Below are positions 38,285 to 52,289 of a stretch of 64,000 nt of DNA, piece after piece; positions within the stretch are counted from its first letter, which is position 1, and each line of letters opens with the position of its first letter. This DNA comes from Pecten maximus. Taxonomy: Eukaryota. The position numbers and the translations under genes are program-made. The notes under the pieces were generated by a model that worked only from the letters and a program-made list of their open reading frames with translations, was not told the origin of the DNA and made no database searches. The stretch is from contig NC_047018.1 in NCBI RefSeq assembly GCF_902652985.1, positions 12,834,001 to 12,898,000 on the forward strand. Direction: 5' to 3'.

Positions 38285-40585
38285 ATCCATCCTCCCCTCA
38301 CCACGTTTTGTAATCAATCATCCCCTCACCAAGTTTTGTAATCAATCCTCCCCTCACCAAGTTTTGTAATCAATCATCCCCTCACCAAGTTTTGTAATCC
38401 ATCCTCCCCTCACCAAGTTTTGTAATCAATCCTCCCCTCACCAAGTTTTGTAATCAATCCTCCCCTCACCAAGTTTTGTAATCCATCTTCCCCTCAACCA
38501 AGTTTTGTAATCCATCTCCCCTCACCAAGTTTTGTAATCAATCCTCCCCTCACCAAGTTTTGTAATCAATCCTCCCCTCACCAAGTTTTGTAATAAATCC
38601 TCCTCTCACCAAGTTTTGTAATCCATCTTCCCTCAACAAGTTTTGTAATCCATCTCCCCTCACCAAGTTTTGTAATCAATCCTCCCCTCACCAAGTTTTG
38701 TAATAAATCCTCCTCTCACCAAGTTTTGTAATCCATCTTCCCTCAACAAGTTTTGTAATCCATCTCCCCTCACCAAGTTTTGTAATCAATCGTCCCCTCA
38801 CCAAGTTTTGTAATCAATCGTCCCCTCACCAAGTTTTGTAATCCATCTTCCCCTCAACAAGTTTTGTAATCCATCTTCCCCTCAACAAGTTTTGTAATCA
38901 ATCCTCCCCTCACCAAGTTTTGTAATCCATCTTCCCCTCAACAAGTTTTGTCATCCATCTCCCCTCACCAAGTTTTGTAATCCATCCTCCCCTCACCAAG
39001 TTTTGTAATCCACCTCCCCTCACCACGTTTTGTAATCCATCCTCCCCTCACCAAGTTTTGTAATCCATCTCCCCTCACCAAGTTTTGTAATCCATCCTCC
39101 CCTCACCAAGTTTTGTAATCTATCCTCCCCTCACCAAGTTTTGTAATCCATCTTCCTCTCACCAAGTTTTGTAATCCATCTCCCCTCACCAAGTTTTGTA
39201 ATCCATCTTCCTCTCACTAAGTTTTGTAATCCATCTTCCTCTCACTAAGTTTTGTAATCCATCTTCCTCTCACTAAGTTTTGTAATCCATCCTCCCCTCA
39301 CCAAGTTTTGTAATCCTTCCTCCCCTCAACAAGTTTTGTAATCAATCCTCCCCTCACCAAGTTTTGTAATCTATCCTCCCCTCACCAAGTTTTGTAATCC
39401 ATCTTCCTCTCACTAAGTTTTGTAATCCATCCCCCTCACCAAGTTTTGTAATCCACCTCCCCTCACCAAGTTTTGTAATCCCCCCCCGCGCAACCAAGTT
39501 TTGTAATCCATCCTCCCCTCACCAAGTTTTGTAATCAATCCTCCCTCACCAAGATTTGTAATCCATCTCCCCTTACCAAGTTTTGTAATCCTTCCTCCCC
39601 TCACCAAGTTTTGTAATCCACCCCCCAACCAAGTTTTGTAATAAATCCTCCCCTCACCAAGTTTTGTAATCCTTCCTCCCCTCACCAAGTTTTGTAATCC
39701 AACCTCCCCTCACCAAGTTTTGTAATCCATCCTCCCCTCACCAAGTTTTGTAATCCATCTCCCCTCACCAAGTTTTGTAATCCATCCTCCCCTCACTAAG
39801 TTTTGTAATAAATCCTCCCCTCACCAAGTTTTGTAATCCACCCCCCCCCCCCCCAATCAAGTTTTGTAATCCACCCCCCAACCAAGTTTTGTAATCCGTC
39901 CTCCCCTCACCAAGTTTTGTAATCCATTCCCCCCTCACCAAGTTTTGTAATCCATCTCCCCTCACCAAGTTTTGTAATCCATCCTCCCCTCACCAAGTTT
40001 GTAATCAATCCTCCCCTCACCAAGTTTTGTAATCCATCTCCCCTCACCAAGTTTTGTAATCCATCCTCCCTCACCAAGTTTGTAATCCATCTCCCCTTAC
40101 CAAGTTTTGTAATCCTTCCTCCCCTAACCAAGTTTTGTAATCCACCCCCCAACCAAGTTTTGTAATAAATCCTCCCCTCACCAAGTTTTGTAATCCTTCC
40201 TCCCCTCACCAAGTTTTGTAATCCAACCTCCCCTCACCAAGTTTTGTAATCCATCCTCCCCTCACCAAGTTTTGTAATCCATCTCCCCTCACCAAGTTTT
40301 GTAATCCATCCTTCTCTCACTAAGTTTTGTAATAAATCCTCCCCTCACCAAGTTTTGTAATCCACCCCCCCCCCCCCCAATCAAGTTTTGTAATCCACCC
40401 CCCAACCAAGTTTTGTAATCCGTCCTCCCCTCACCAAGTTTTGTAATCCATCCTCCCCTCACCAAGTTTTGTAATCCATCTCCCCTCACCAAGTTTTGTA
40501 ATCCATCCTCCCCCTAACCAAGTTTTGTAATCCACCCCCAACCAAGTTTTGTAATCCACCCCACTTCCCAGTTTTGTAATCCACC
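38285..40585. repeat. Minisatellite, 27-28-bp unit, ~80 copies
   Basis: Unit CACCAAGTTTTGTAATCCATCCTCCCCT. Confidence 0.95.
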
Positions 40586-42232
40586 CTCCATAATTCCCTG
40601 ACTTTTGTCACCAGTACCCCAGTTTATGTTGTTGTTATTACTGTATAATAGTTTGCCCTTATGACTTGCCCATGGTGTCTGACCAGACTAGTGGTCATCC
40701 TCAGCCAGTGTTAAGTGACCAACATCCTTTGTATTGTAATCAATTATGTGGAAGACCTGTCACACATGTTCACACCAATTTACCCTTGGCTCCACAGACA
40801 TCTCATCCTGTCTACAATCAACTGTACAAGGTTATAATCCTTCAGCAGTCCAAGTAATGTTTCCATGTAAACACATTTCATCTACTTTGTTTGTTTTCAC
40901 CTCTTGTTTACAGCAGTTTACTGTTGGCTCAGCAGACATCATAATCATGTCCCCAATTAACACTACACAGAGATAATCAGTTGTAATCCATCAGCAGTCC
41001 GACTTACAGCCCCAACAGTTATAGCTATGAGAGCACTGTCTTCCCCTAGATAACCCCCACTACTGGATTTTTTCATGGTTATCATCCATTTTTTTCTTTC
41101 AGTTTATATAACAGATGAAATATTTCATAATAAATAAACTTTATTAATTGTAAACAAACCCATCGATGTCTACTGATCAACCTGTTTTTAACATGTTTTA
41201 ATGAAGTCTTTGGAAGTGGGATTCTGGGAATGTGTAGGCCTGAACATGTGGCTTGCCTTATCTACACTGAAGAGGAGAGCAAAAAACCCCAACATGATTC
41301 CATCATGTCTTTTGGTCATTTAGAAAAAAAAGTATTGGGAAGGAGAATGTGAGAATGCAATGATTTTACATGCCAAAGATTGTGTTTCTTGTTGTACATT
41401 AGTATGGGGTGTTAGCTATAGGAGCTGTGTGTTATTTCCTGGGAATGTGTGCCTTATCTGTATCAGGTGTTTGAATGGCTACATTATCACGTGGGTATTT
41501 TTCACTTCCTTTGATCTCCCACACTACAACAGTACATTACCACTGCTAAAGTGGGCCTAAAACCTGTCATAGTGTCACTGCATTCTACCCCTTAACACTA
41601 AATACTTCACCAAACTACCCACAAAAATAGGGATCCTCCAAAACATGGACCCTCCAAAAACAAGGATCCTCCAAATAGATACCTTTGAAATAGGAATCCG
41701 CCCCAAAACATGTATCTCATTCATTGTTGTGATTAATGGAATTATAGAACAAACACAATAACATTGGTCCCCACCAAATGCTTCAATTATACAGTAAGAT
41801 GATCATAAGGCCTCTTTCAAACATCAACTATTTACTATAATCAGATTGTTAAGTCTAATGTGATTACATATGAACAACCACCAATCACTGCCGTGCTTCC
41901 AAATGGACTAGATATGTGTATTGTAATTCTTCTTGTTTCTCTACACATGCACATTACATGTCACCAAAGTGAGTTCACTTCTATGTAAGTTTAACCTTAG
42001 TCACTATAGAAGACAATTGAAGTAGGCCTAAGTATACCGTTTACTATATGAAGGCTGCAGATCAAAATATTATTATTGCAATCATATAAAGACACATCTA
42101 TCACGACTGCTGTAATATTTGTGTGATGTTTCAAATGAAATATAAACACAATTTTTTCAGCAATTTTATTTTTAGTTCTCCAGTATCATTTGAGAGATAC
42201 CAGGGTTGGGTTTTCTGGATTCATCTCCCTTA

Positions 42233-42378
42233 CAAAATGTCATTTCACACAGGAGCCCTGGGTTCCTCTCTCTAACAAAATGTCACCTCACACAGGAGCC
42301 CTGGGTTCCTCTCTCTAACAAAATGTCACCTCACACAGGAGCTCTGGGTTCCTCTCTCTAACAAAATGTCACCTTACA
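42233..42378. repeat. Short tandem array, ~43-bp unit, 3 copies
   Basis: Unit ACAAAATGTCACCTCACACAGGAGCCCTGGGTTCCTCTCTCTA. Confidence 0.85.
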
Positions 42379-42509
42379 GAGGTCTCATTCTCATATTGTA
42401 CTTCTGTACTTTTGTGTCTTATTGTTTTCTTTTCATTCCTCAATTCTCCATTTTTCATTCTGAAATGTTTGTGTATAGTTTGTATGAGATGTCACATAAA
42501 AACATTTAT

Positions 42510-42830
42510 ATAGATGTTTTTGATGAATCTGTAAACAAACTGTTTAAAGCCTAATGAAATTTTTTAAATGAACCTGTACACAAACTGTTTAAAGCCTAAT
42601 GAAATGTTTTAGATGAACCTGTAAACAAACTGTTTAAAGCCTGATGAAATGTTTTAGATGAACCTGTATACAAACTGTTGAACCTGTATACAAACTGTTT
42701 AAAGCCTGATGAAATGTTTTAGATGAACCTGTATACAAACTGTTGAACCTGTATACAAACTGTTTAAAGCCTAATGAAATGTTTTAGATGAACCTATATA
42801 CAAACTGTTTAAAGCCTGATGAAATGTTTA
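42510..42830. repeat. Minisatellite, ~45-bp unit with partial copies
   Basis: Unit GATGAACCTGTATACAAACTGTTTAAAGCCTGATGAAATGTTTTA. Confidence 0.88.
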
Positions 42831-43309
42831 AGTGTTGGTCAGTCCCTACTGAGTGCCAGCAGTAAGAGTCGGCCCAAGTATTAGTACATTTAACACCGTA
42901 AGCATCTGAGTCACCACATTAATATTTCATGATATTACTCATTCAATTTTTTAAATACATCAGACAGGTTTTATTCATTAAGGACACATCACCTGACTCC
43001 TCTTCCCAGTATTCTGCAGCTTTCTAAGACTTTCATCTTCATGACTCAACAATTTAATCACCGACCATCTAAAACCTCACAAAGATTTCTCCTTATAGAG
43101 TACTGACCATTTCTACCTGGCTGTGACCACAGTTGTTGATAAAACATATTAACCAATGTAAAACCAAAACCAAATTTGCTTTATAACTTTACAGTCCATT
43201 GCTGCTGAATTATCTCGTCTTCAAATTTGAGGTTGTTTTCTCCCCTTTAACAAACCATACTTACATTGTCTACGGAGTTCTCCCTTTTAACTTTACCCAC
43301 TGTTAAGCA

Positions 43310-43760
43310 CTGAGTTATCTCCCCTTTCACTATTGACCCTTTCTCTCGAGTTATCTCCCCTTTCACTATTGACCCTTTCTGCCGAGTTATCTCCCCTTTC
43401 ACTATATTGGCCCGTTCTCCCGAGTTATCTCCCCTTTCACTATTGACCCTTTCTCTCGAGTTATCTCCCCTTTCACTATTGACCCTTTCTCTCGAGTTAT
43501 CTCCCCTTTCACTATTTACCCTTTCTCCCGAGTTATCTCCCCTTTCACTATATTGGCCCGTTCTCCCGAGCTATCTCCCCTTTAACTATTGATCCGTTCT
43601 CCCGAGTTATCTCCCCTTTCACTATTGATCCGTTCTCCTGAGCTATCTCCCCTTTCACTATATTGACCCTTTCTACAGAGTTATCTCCCCTTTCACTATA
43701 TGGAACCTTTCTTCCGAGTTATCTCCCCTTTCACTATATTGACCCTTTCTACAGAGTTAA
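43310..43760. repeat. Minisatellite, 36-38-bp unit, ~12 copies
   Basis: Unit GAGTTATCTCCCCTTTCACTATTGACCCTTTCTCTC. Confidence 0.9.
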
Positions 43761-44992
43761 CTCCTCTTGTACTTCTGACTACCTAACAGAAGATCACTAT
43801 CCCTTTACAGTAAGTTTTAACATGATTGTGTACTTGAAATTTTAATAGCTTACTTTATAGCTGACCAAATGAATCTTAAAAACAAGGCAGACAGGTTGTT
43901 ACATTATATATATATATCTATTTCTAGTAATACGCATCCAACATTTGTTTGTTAGAATCCAGTACCTATATTGGTTTATACCGTCGTTATTACTTACTAG
44001 ACCCTATATATATATTATAACTGTATCGGAAGAATCCATGAAAACAGACTAATTTGTATCTCATGTAGGCGGACATGTAAGGTCCTTGCTAGATAGGTTT
44101 TTCCAAATAAATTCCAGCCTTTTAAAGGCTTTTGAATGTCACAGACAGTAAGGTAAGGTTAAAACTGAGTAAACAGTAACTTGATGCTATGTTGGAATCT
44201 GTATTTAATGTTTTTAATTATTTCAACATATATTCTAAGTCACAATATATCTTTCTGACTGATGTGACAAATCCAAATTAAAGATCACGATATACATCTC
44301 TTACTAGTCTGACAAATATAACACTTAATGATGTGACAAAGCCAGATTACTCCAAGGAAATGACTAATTCCACACATTAGGGAATAAAGTTATTTAAGAT
44401 TCCTACAATTATCAAGAAACACACTGCATTGATTTGGACATTCTAGAGAAGATGAGAGTGTTATGGCGCTATTGTTATAGTGGAGAAAACAATAGAATTG
44501 CCAGGAAAATTGTCATTGAAAAAGTGATCGTGACAACAGGGTTGACAGAACATGCCACCATGTAGATTTCCATCATGTGGGCTGGCTATGTTCAGGTCCT
44601 TACATTATCCAGTTTATCTGATAGAAACAGCAGAGAAACATGCATCACCTGTATATTATCTCACAGTAAACACAATGCTGGTCCCCTCAGATCGAACAAC
44701 ATTCAATTTCGGGCCACGAACAAATGCAAATACATGGAGCCAAATGTAAAATGGGGTCGTGATTAAGTTATTTTGAGGAAGATTGAACAAATCTTATCTG
44801 TACATGCACAAAGAATAAAAGAAGTGTCGACATCACTGCCTATATATAGAACATCATACATGTATTTCAGAGAGAGTATATCACAATCCTAAAGATTTTG
44901 TTACCAAAATTGTATACATTGTTTTATTATTATACTGATGATAAAACCTCATCTAAATTCATAGTGATGCTGAACATTTACGGCCACAGTCT

Positions 44993-47415
44993 GTAACACA
45001 TTGAGGGCCTGTAGTCTGTATAAGGCTACATCGTAACACATTGAGGGCCTGTAGTCTGTATAAGGCTACATCGTAACACATTGAGGGCCTGTAGTCTGTA
45101 TAAGGCTACATCGTAACACATTCAGTGCCTGTAGTCTGTATAAGGCTATATTGTAACACATTGAGGGCCTGTAGTCTGTATAAGGCTACATCGTAACACA
45201 TTCAGTGCCTGTAGTCTGTATAAGGCTACATCGTAACACATTGAGGGCCTGTAGTCTGTATAAGGCTACATTGTAACACATTCAGTGTCTGTAGTCTGTA
45301 TAAGGCTATATTGTAACACATTCAGGGCCTGTAGTCTGTATAAGGCTATATTGTAACACATTCAGTGTCTGTAGTCTGTATAAGGCTACATTATAACACA
45401 TTCAGGGCCTGTTGTCTGTATAAGGCTATATTGTAACACATTCAGGGCCTGTAGTCTGTATAAGGCTATATTGTAACACATTCAGTGTCTGTAGTCTGTA
45501 TAAGGCTACATTGTAACACATTCAGTGTCTGTAGTCTGTATAAGGCTACATTGTAACACATTCAGTGTCTGTAGTCTGTATATGGCTACATTGTAACACA
45601 TTCAGGGTCTGTAGTTTGTATAAGGCTACATTGTAACACATTCAGTGTCTGTAGTCTGTATAAGGCTACATTGTAACACATTCAGTGTCTGTAGTCTGTA
45701 TAAGGCTACATCGTAACACATTCAGGGCCTGTAGTCTGTATAAGGCTATATTGTAACACATTCAGGGCCTGTAGTCTGTATAAGGCTATATTGTAACACA
45801 TTCAGGGCCTGTAGTCTGTATAAAGCTACATTGTAACACATTCAGGGCCTGTAGTCTGTATAAGGCTATATTGTAACACATTCAGGGCCTGTAGTCTGTA
45901 TAAGGCTACATTGTAACACATTCAGGGCCTGTAGTCTGTATAAGGCTATATTGTAACACATTCAGGGCCTGTAGTCTGTATAAGGCTATATTGTAACACA
46001 TTCAGGGCCTGTAGTCTGTATAAGGCTACATTGTAACACATTGAGTGCCTGTAGTCTGTATAAGGCTACATTGTAACACATTCAGTGCCTGTAGTCTGTA
46101 TAAGGCTACATTGTAACACATTGAGGGCCTGTAGTCTGTATAAGGCTACATTGTAACACATTCAGTGCCTGTAGTCTGTATAAGGCTACATTGTAACACA
46201 TTCAGGGCCTGTAGTCTGTATAAGGCTACATTGTAACACATTCAGTGTCTGTAGTCTGTATATGGCTACATTGTAACACATTCAGGGCCTGTAGTCTGTA
46301 TATGGCTACATTGTAACACATTCAGTGTCTGTAGTCTGTATAAGGCTACATTGTAACACATTCAGGGCCTGTAGTCTGTATAAGGCTATATTGTAACACA
46401 TTCAGGGCCTGTAGTCTGTATAAGGCTACATTGTAACACATTCAGTGTCTGTAGTCTGTATAAGGCTACATTGTAACACATTCAGGGCCTGTAGTCTGTA
46501 TAAGGCTACATTATAACACATTCAGGGCCTGTAGTCTGTATAAGGCTTCATTGTAACACATTCAGGGCCTGTAGTCTGTATAAGGCTACATTGTAACACA
46601 TTCAGGGCCTGTAGTCTGTATAAGGCTACATTGTAACACATTCAGGGTCTGTAGTCTGTATAAGGCTACATTGTAACACATTCAGGGTCTGTAGTCTGTA
46701 TAAGGCTACATTATAACACATTCAGGGCCTGTTGTCTGTATAAGGCTATATTGTAACACATTCAGGGCCTGTAGTCTGTATAAGGCTACATTGTAACACA
46801 TTCGGTGTCTGTAGTCTGTATAATGCTACATTGTACGTAACACATTCAGTGTCTGTAGTCTGTATAATGCTAGATCGTAACACATTCAGTGCCTATAGTC
46901 TGTATAAGGCTACATCCTAACACATTCAGGGCCTGTAGTCTGTATAATGCTACATTGTAACACATTCAGTGCCTATAGTCTGTATAAGGCTACATCCTAA
47001 CACATTCAGTGTCTAGTAGCTTGTATATATATATAAGGCTATATTGTAACACATTCAGGGCCTGTAGTCTGTATAAGGCTACATTGTAACACATTCAGGG
47101 CCTTTGGTTTGTATAAAGCTACAATGTTACACATTCAGTGTATAGTAATCTGTATAAAGCTACATTGTTACACATTCAGTGTCTGTAGTCTGTATAAAGC
47201 TAAATTGTAACACATTCAGTGTATAGTAATCTGTATAAAGCTACATTGTAACACATTCAGGGCCTGTAGTCTGTATAAAGCTACATTGTAACACATTCAG
47301 TGTATAGTAATCTGTATAAAGCTACATTGTAACACATTCAGGGTCTGTAGTTTGTATAAAGCTACATTGTAACACATTCAGTGTATAGTAATCTGTATAA
47401 AGCTACATTGTAACA
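44993..47415. repeat. Minisatellite, 40-bp unit, ~60 copies
   Basis: Unit TTGTAACACATTCAGGGCCTGTAGTCTGTATAAGGCTACA. Confidence 0.96.
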
Positions 47416-48199
47416 TATCTCATTGTCTGAACATTGTAACCTTTCCTCAGTTTATTTGATTTTCCAAGCTGTAGAGCAGTCAGCAGTTGACATGGTTTCT
47501 ACACAAACACAACATATTCATGTTGAAGTTGTGGCAATGAGCAACGAAAAAGGCATAAATTTTGTGAGCTATTCTACTAAATTGTCGTAAACTCGTTGCT
47601 CCTAGTGTTACTTGAAATTAACATCTATTTCAGCATGTGTATTGCCAACAGGGAACCCAGAATAAAAATAAAACTTTCATTTATGAAGACGGCATTTCTA
47701 CAGTCACAAATGTAGCCTACATAGCATTTATTGATTTTTCACATAACTTTTGTAGGACTCTAACACCTATAAATATTCACATCCGTTCATGTAATTCAAA
47801 CAAGCTCTGTTACATTTTCATTGGTAGGTAAAAAACCTTTGCATATTTTGAAGGAAGACTCTTTTGGTTAATGAGGTAATTCCACAGATTTTGGGAGCCT
47901 GGCTTGGCATAGTCAATACTTTGTAGTCTGATATGTAGAATGTACATGTATCAAGACTGACATAGGATTCCCCTAGTGAGGGTCCACATTTTGAAAGTGG
48001 AATTAAATTATACTATTAAAATAAGCAGATTCTATACTCTTATGGGGGCAGTTATAAACACTTTAATACTCATTATTTCATTTCAATATTTCAGCATCAT
48101 TTAGTACATAAATCACTTAAATGTAACAAGCTGAAAAATTGACAGTTAAACTTCATTTTCGTGAAGTCACTTGGATCCAGCTTCAAGATATCCTTAGTA

Positions 48200-48725
48200 T
48201 TCAAGATAACTAAGTATATTTTATATATAGTCAAGATAACTAAGTATATTTTATATATAGTCTGTAACTAAGTATATTTTATATATAGTCTGTACCATCA
48301 CACTGGTTTTTACTTTGATTCAAGATAACTAAGTATATTTTATATATAGTCTGTACCATCACACTGGGTTTTTTACTTTGATTCAAGATAACTAAGTATA
48401 TTTTATATATAGTCAAGATAACTAAGTATATTTTATATATAGTCTGTAACTAAGTATATTTTATATATAGTCTGTACCATCACACTGGTTTTTTTACTTT
48501 GATTCAAGAAAACTAAGTATATTTTATATATAGTCTGTAAATATAAGTATATTTTATATATAGTCTGTACCATCACACTGGTTTTTTACTTTGATTCAAG
48601 ATAACTAAGTATATTTTATATCTAGTCTGTACCATCAGACCGTTTTTTTTACTTTGATTCAAGATAACTAAGTATATTTTATATATAGTCTGTACCATCA
48701 GACCGTTTTTTTTTACTTCGATTCA
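48200..48725. repeat. AT-rich compound minisatellite (~30-bp and ~62-bp units)
   Basis: Core TAACTAAGTATATTTTATATATAGTC with or without TGTACCATCACACTGGTTTTTTACTTTGATTCAAGA. Confidence 0.9.
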
Positions 48726-49767
48726 AGCTTGCAGAGTCCTTCTGTTATCAGAGATTGAAATCACAAAGTTTGACCTTTTATTTTTAATTTGAAAGTATGT
48801 CAAACCTTGATTTGTACTTCCAGTTAGCATAGAATTATATATGGTGCTCATGTCCTTCTGTACTGATGTATGAACCAGAGTTATGTGACAGACAGAGTCA
48901 CTTCACCACACGTCCTGTTACAGTACATCACACTCCCATCAACACACAACTCAGAGCACCGTCATGCATGGACCAAACTTATGTTTGGAATAAATAGCAA
49001 GTATATTTGTGAGCCAGCCTCATCATCATTCATGGACCGACAGTAAGCTCATGGCTTGCTATCTTTGTGAGGGCCAGATCCCACTAGCTGATGTACTGGA
49101 CATTGGCCCCTTATATATTCTTTAATTCATCTGAAGAGATGAAAATTCCAGAAATGATTTTAACATAAACTCTGAGATACCAAACCTAATTGGCCACACA
49201 AACCTATTTCTGTAAGTGATGAACAGTGCCCTAGAACTGTAAACAAGGTGCACCTTTTATCATGGAGAATCCTGTAAAATACACAGATATAAAATAATAC
49301 TATTATACCTAGGATCACGCTGCCCTTCCTCATCATAGGACCTCACTGTCGGCCACGCTGTATGATCTAAACGTGGAAATCCTTTTGATTGATCAAGCAA
49401 AAAACCTAGATACAAATATGGCATTTTTATGAAATAGATATTTCCAGTTTTATATTTTCCGTTAGTACACTATTAAATCAACAGTTGTTTTGATCGATCA
49501 GCACAAAGCAACTGAAGGTACCGTAATAAATCTAATGTGCCTTCTCTTCATAACAGTGTTACACAGAGATGCCTTCTTCCTACCCCTGCTCGGCAGACAA
49601 ATAAAAGATAATATACATTAACTGGAAGGCAACTTAATATACAATTGAATGGCACAGTGTCAAAGCCGTTAATTCTTAGTAATGCTATATTTATTTGAAG
49701 ATGCCAACAGAAATTGTATGTGTTGTGAGGTTAATCAATATGGTATTTATAAACACCAAGATAGGAA

Positions 49768-51460
49768 TAAGACTTCTTCACCTAGCCAGTCTGAATCACC
49801 AATAGGCTGTTACCAATAATTAACCAGATATGGACAAGACTTCTTCACCTAGCCAGCCTGAATCACCGTTAGACTTTATTCCTGGTCAGTACCAATAATT
49901 AACCAGATATGGACAAGACTTCTTCACCTAGCCAGCCTGAATCACCGTTAGACTTTATCCCTGCTCAGTACCAATAATTAACCAGATATGGACAAGATTT
50001 CTTCACCTAGCCAGCCTGAATCACCAATAGGCTGTTACCAATAACTAACCAGGTACGGTCAAGACTTTGCCAGCCTGAATCACCGTTAGACTTTATCCCT
50101 GCTCAGTACCAATAACTAACCAGATATGGACAAGACTTCTTCACCTAGCCAGCCTGAATCACCGTTAGGCTTTATCCCTGCTCAGTACCAATAACTAACC
50201 AGATATGGACAAGACTTCTTCACCTAGCCAGCCTGAATCACTGTTAGGCTTTATCCCTGCTCAGTACCAATAACTAACCAGATATGGACAAGACTTCTTC
50301 ACCTAGCCAGCCTGAATCACCATTAGGCTTTATCCATTCTCAGTACCAATAACTAACCAGATATGGACAAGACTTCTTCACCTAGCCAGTCTGAATCACC
50401 GTTAGACGTTATCCCTGCTCAGTACCAATAACTAACCAGATATGGACAAGACTTCTTCACCTAGCCAGCCTGAATCACCATTAGACTTTACCCATTCTCA
50501 GTACCAATAACTAACCAGATATGGACAAGACTTCTTCACCTAGCCAGTCTGAATCACCGTTAGACTTTATCCCTGCTCAGTACCAATAACTAACCAGATA
50601 TGGACAAGACTTCTTCACCTAGCCAGCCTGAATCACCGTTAGGCTTTATCCCTGCTCAGTACCAATAACTAACCAGATATGGACAAGACTTCTTCACCTA
50701 GCCAGCCTGAATCACCATTAGGCTTTATCCATTCTCAGTACCAATAACTAACCAGATATGGACAAGACTTCTTCACCTAGCCAGTCTGAATCACCGTTAG
50801 ACGTTATCCCTGCTCAGTACCAATAACTAACCAGATATGGACAAGACTTCTTCACCTAGCCAGCCTGAATCACCATTAGGCTTTATCCATTCTCAGTACC
50901 AATAACTAACCAGATATGGACAAGACTTCTTCACCTAGCCAGTCTGAATCACCGTTAGACTTTATCCCTGCTCAGTACCAATAACTAACCAGATATGGAC
51001 AAGACTTCTTCACCTAGCCAGCCTGAATCACCGTTAGGCTTTATCCCTGCTCAGTACCAATAACTAACCAGATATGGACAAGACTTCTTCACCTAGCCAG
51101 CCTGAATCACCATTAGGCTTTATCCATTCTCAGTACCAATAACTAACCAGATATGGACAAGACTTCTTCACCTAGCCAGCCTGAATCACCATTAGACTTT
51201 ACCCATTCTCAGTACCAATAACTAACCAGATATGGACAAGACTTCTTCACCTAGCCAGTCTGAATCACCGTTAGACTTTATCCCTGCTCAGTACCAATAA
51301 CTAACCAGATATGGACAAGACTTCTTCACCTAGCCAGTCTGAATCACCGTTAGACTTTATCCCTGCTCAGTACCAATAACTAACCAGATATGGATAAGAC
51401 TTTGCCATATGCAGCCTGAATCACCATTAGACTTTATCCCTGACCAGTACCAATAATTAA
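49768..51460. repeat. Minisatellite, 79-bp unit, ~21 copies
   Basis: Unit CAAGACTTCTTCACCTAGCCAGCCTGAATCACCGTTAGACTTTATCCCTGCTCAGTACCAATAACTAACCAGATATGGA. Confidence 0.95.
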
Positions 51461-52289
51461 ACAGTTTGAATCATACAAAATGTTCTAACCTACATTTTAT
51501 CTACTGAAGCAGGAAATGTAGTCAGCATCAGAAACATGTAAACAGTAGAGCACATATAGGTGTAACTTCTTGACCCCTATGGATGGACAGATAGACAGAC
51601 GGACAGATGGATGGACAAACCTATTTCTATAACCACCACCCATTTCTATACCTGCTGCCATGAACTACATAGAGCAAGGAAAATATTAGACTGGCCCCCT
51701 GTCTCTAGAATATTGAAATTATAAATAAAATTCAGCTTCATGAATTTGGTCTCTAGGATATGTCTGATCCTAAGCTTCAAACTAGGGGGAGATAATCTAG
51801 TATTAGAATTTAGCTTGACAATTCTTAAGAAAAAGAACTTAGGGTCTGGCTGGCCAGTCTAGGAAAATATCTGGCACTCCAATTTCACTAGACACCATGA
51901 TGCAGCCTCCTTCAGACAAAATAAGACAAAATGGCACCGATACCTTATTCTATCTACCACCACCCAGGATCCGCAGCTCAGGATCTGTAAGTTTGGGTGA
52001 TTATGGTAAAACAGTATGGCTTCTATTATACATCATTAATTCTGTAAAATAGAAGACACTGGTTTCTATTATACATCTTTAATTCAGAATAAGAATGCGT
52101 TTTCATCAATCAAGTGAATTGGAGATAAAACTATACACATGAGTGATTGCTCTCCCACGATCTTCTGTCAGATTATAGCTAGGATAGAACTGAAGAATGA
52201 AAGGCATTTGAAATCAGTCCCATAAGTATGAAGAGAAAGTATTATTGATTCAGAAGTTGATTTATCAACATATATATCAGAATGTACAA

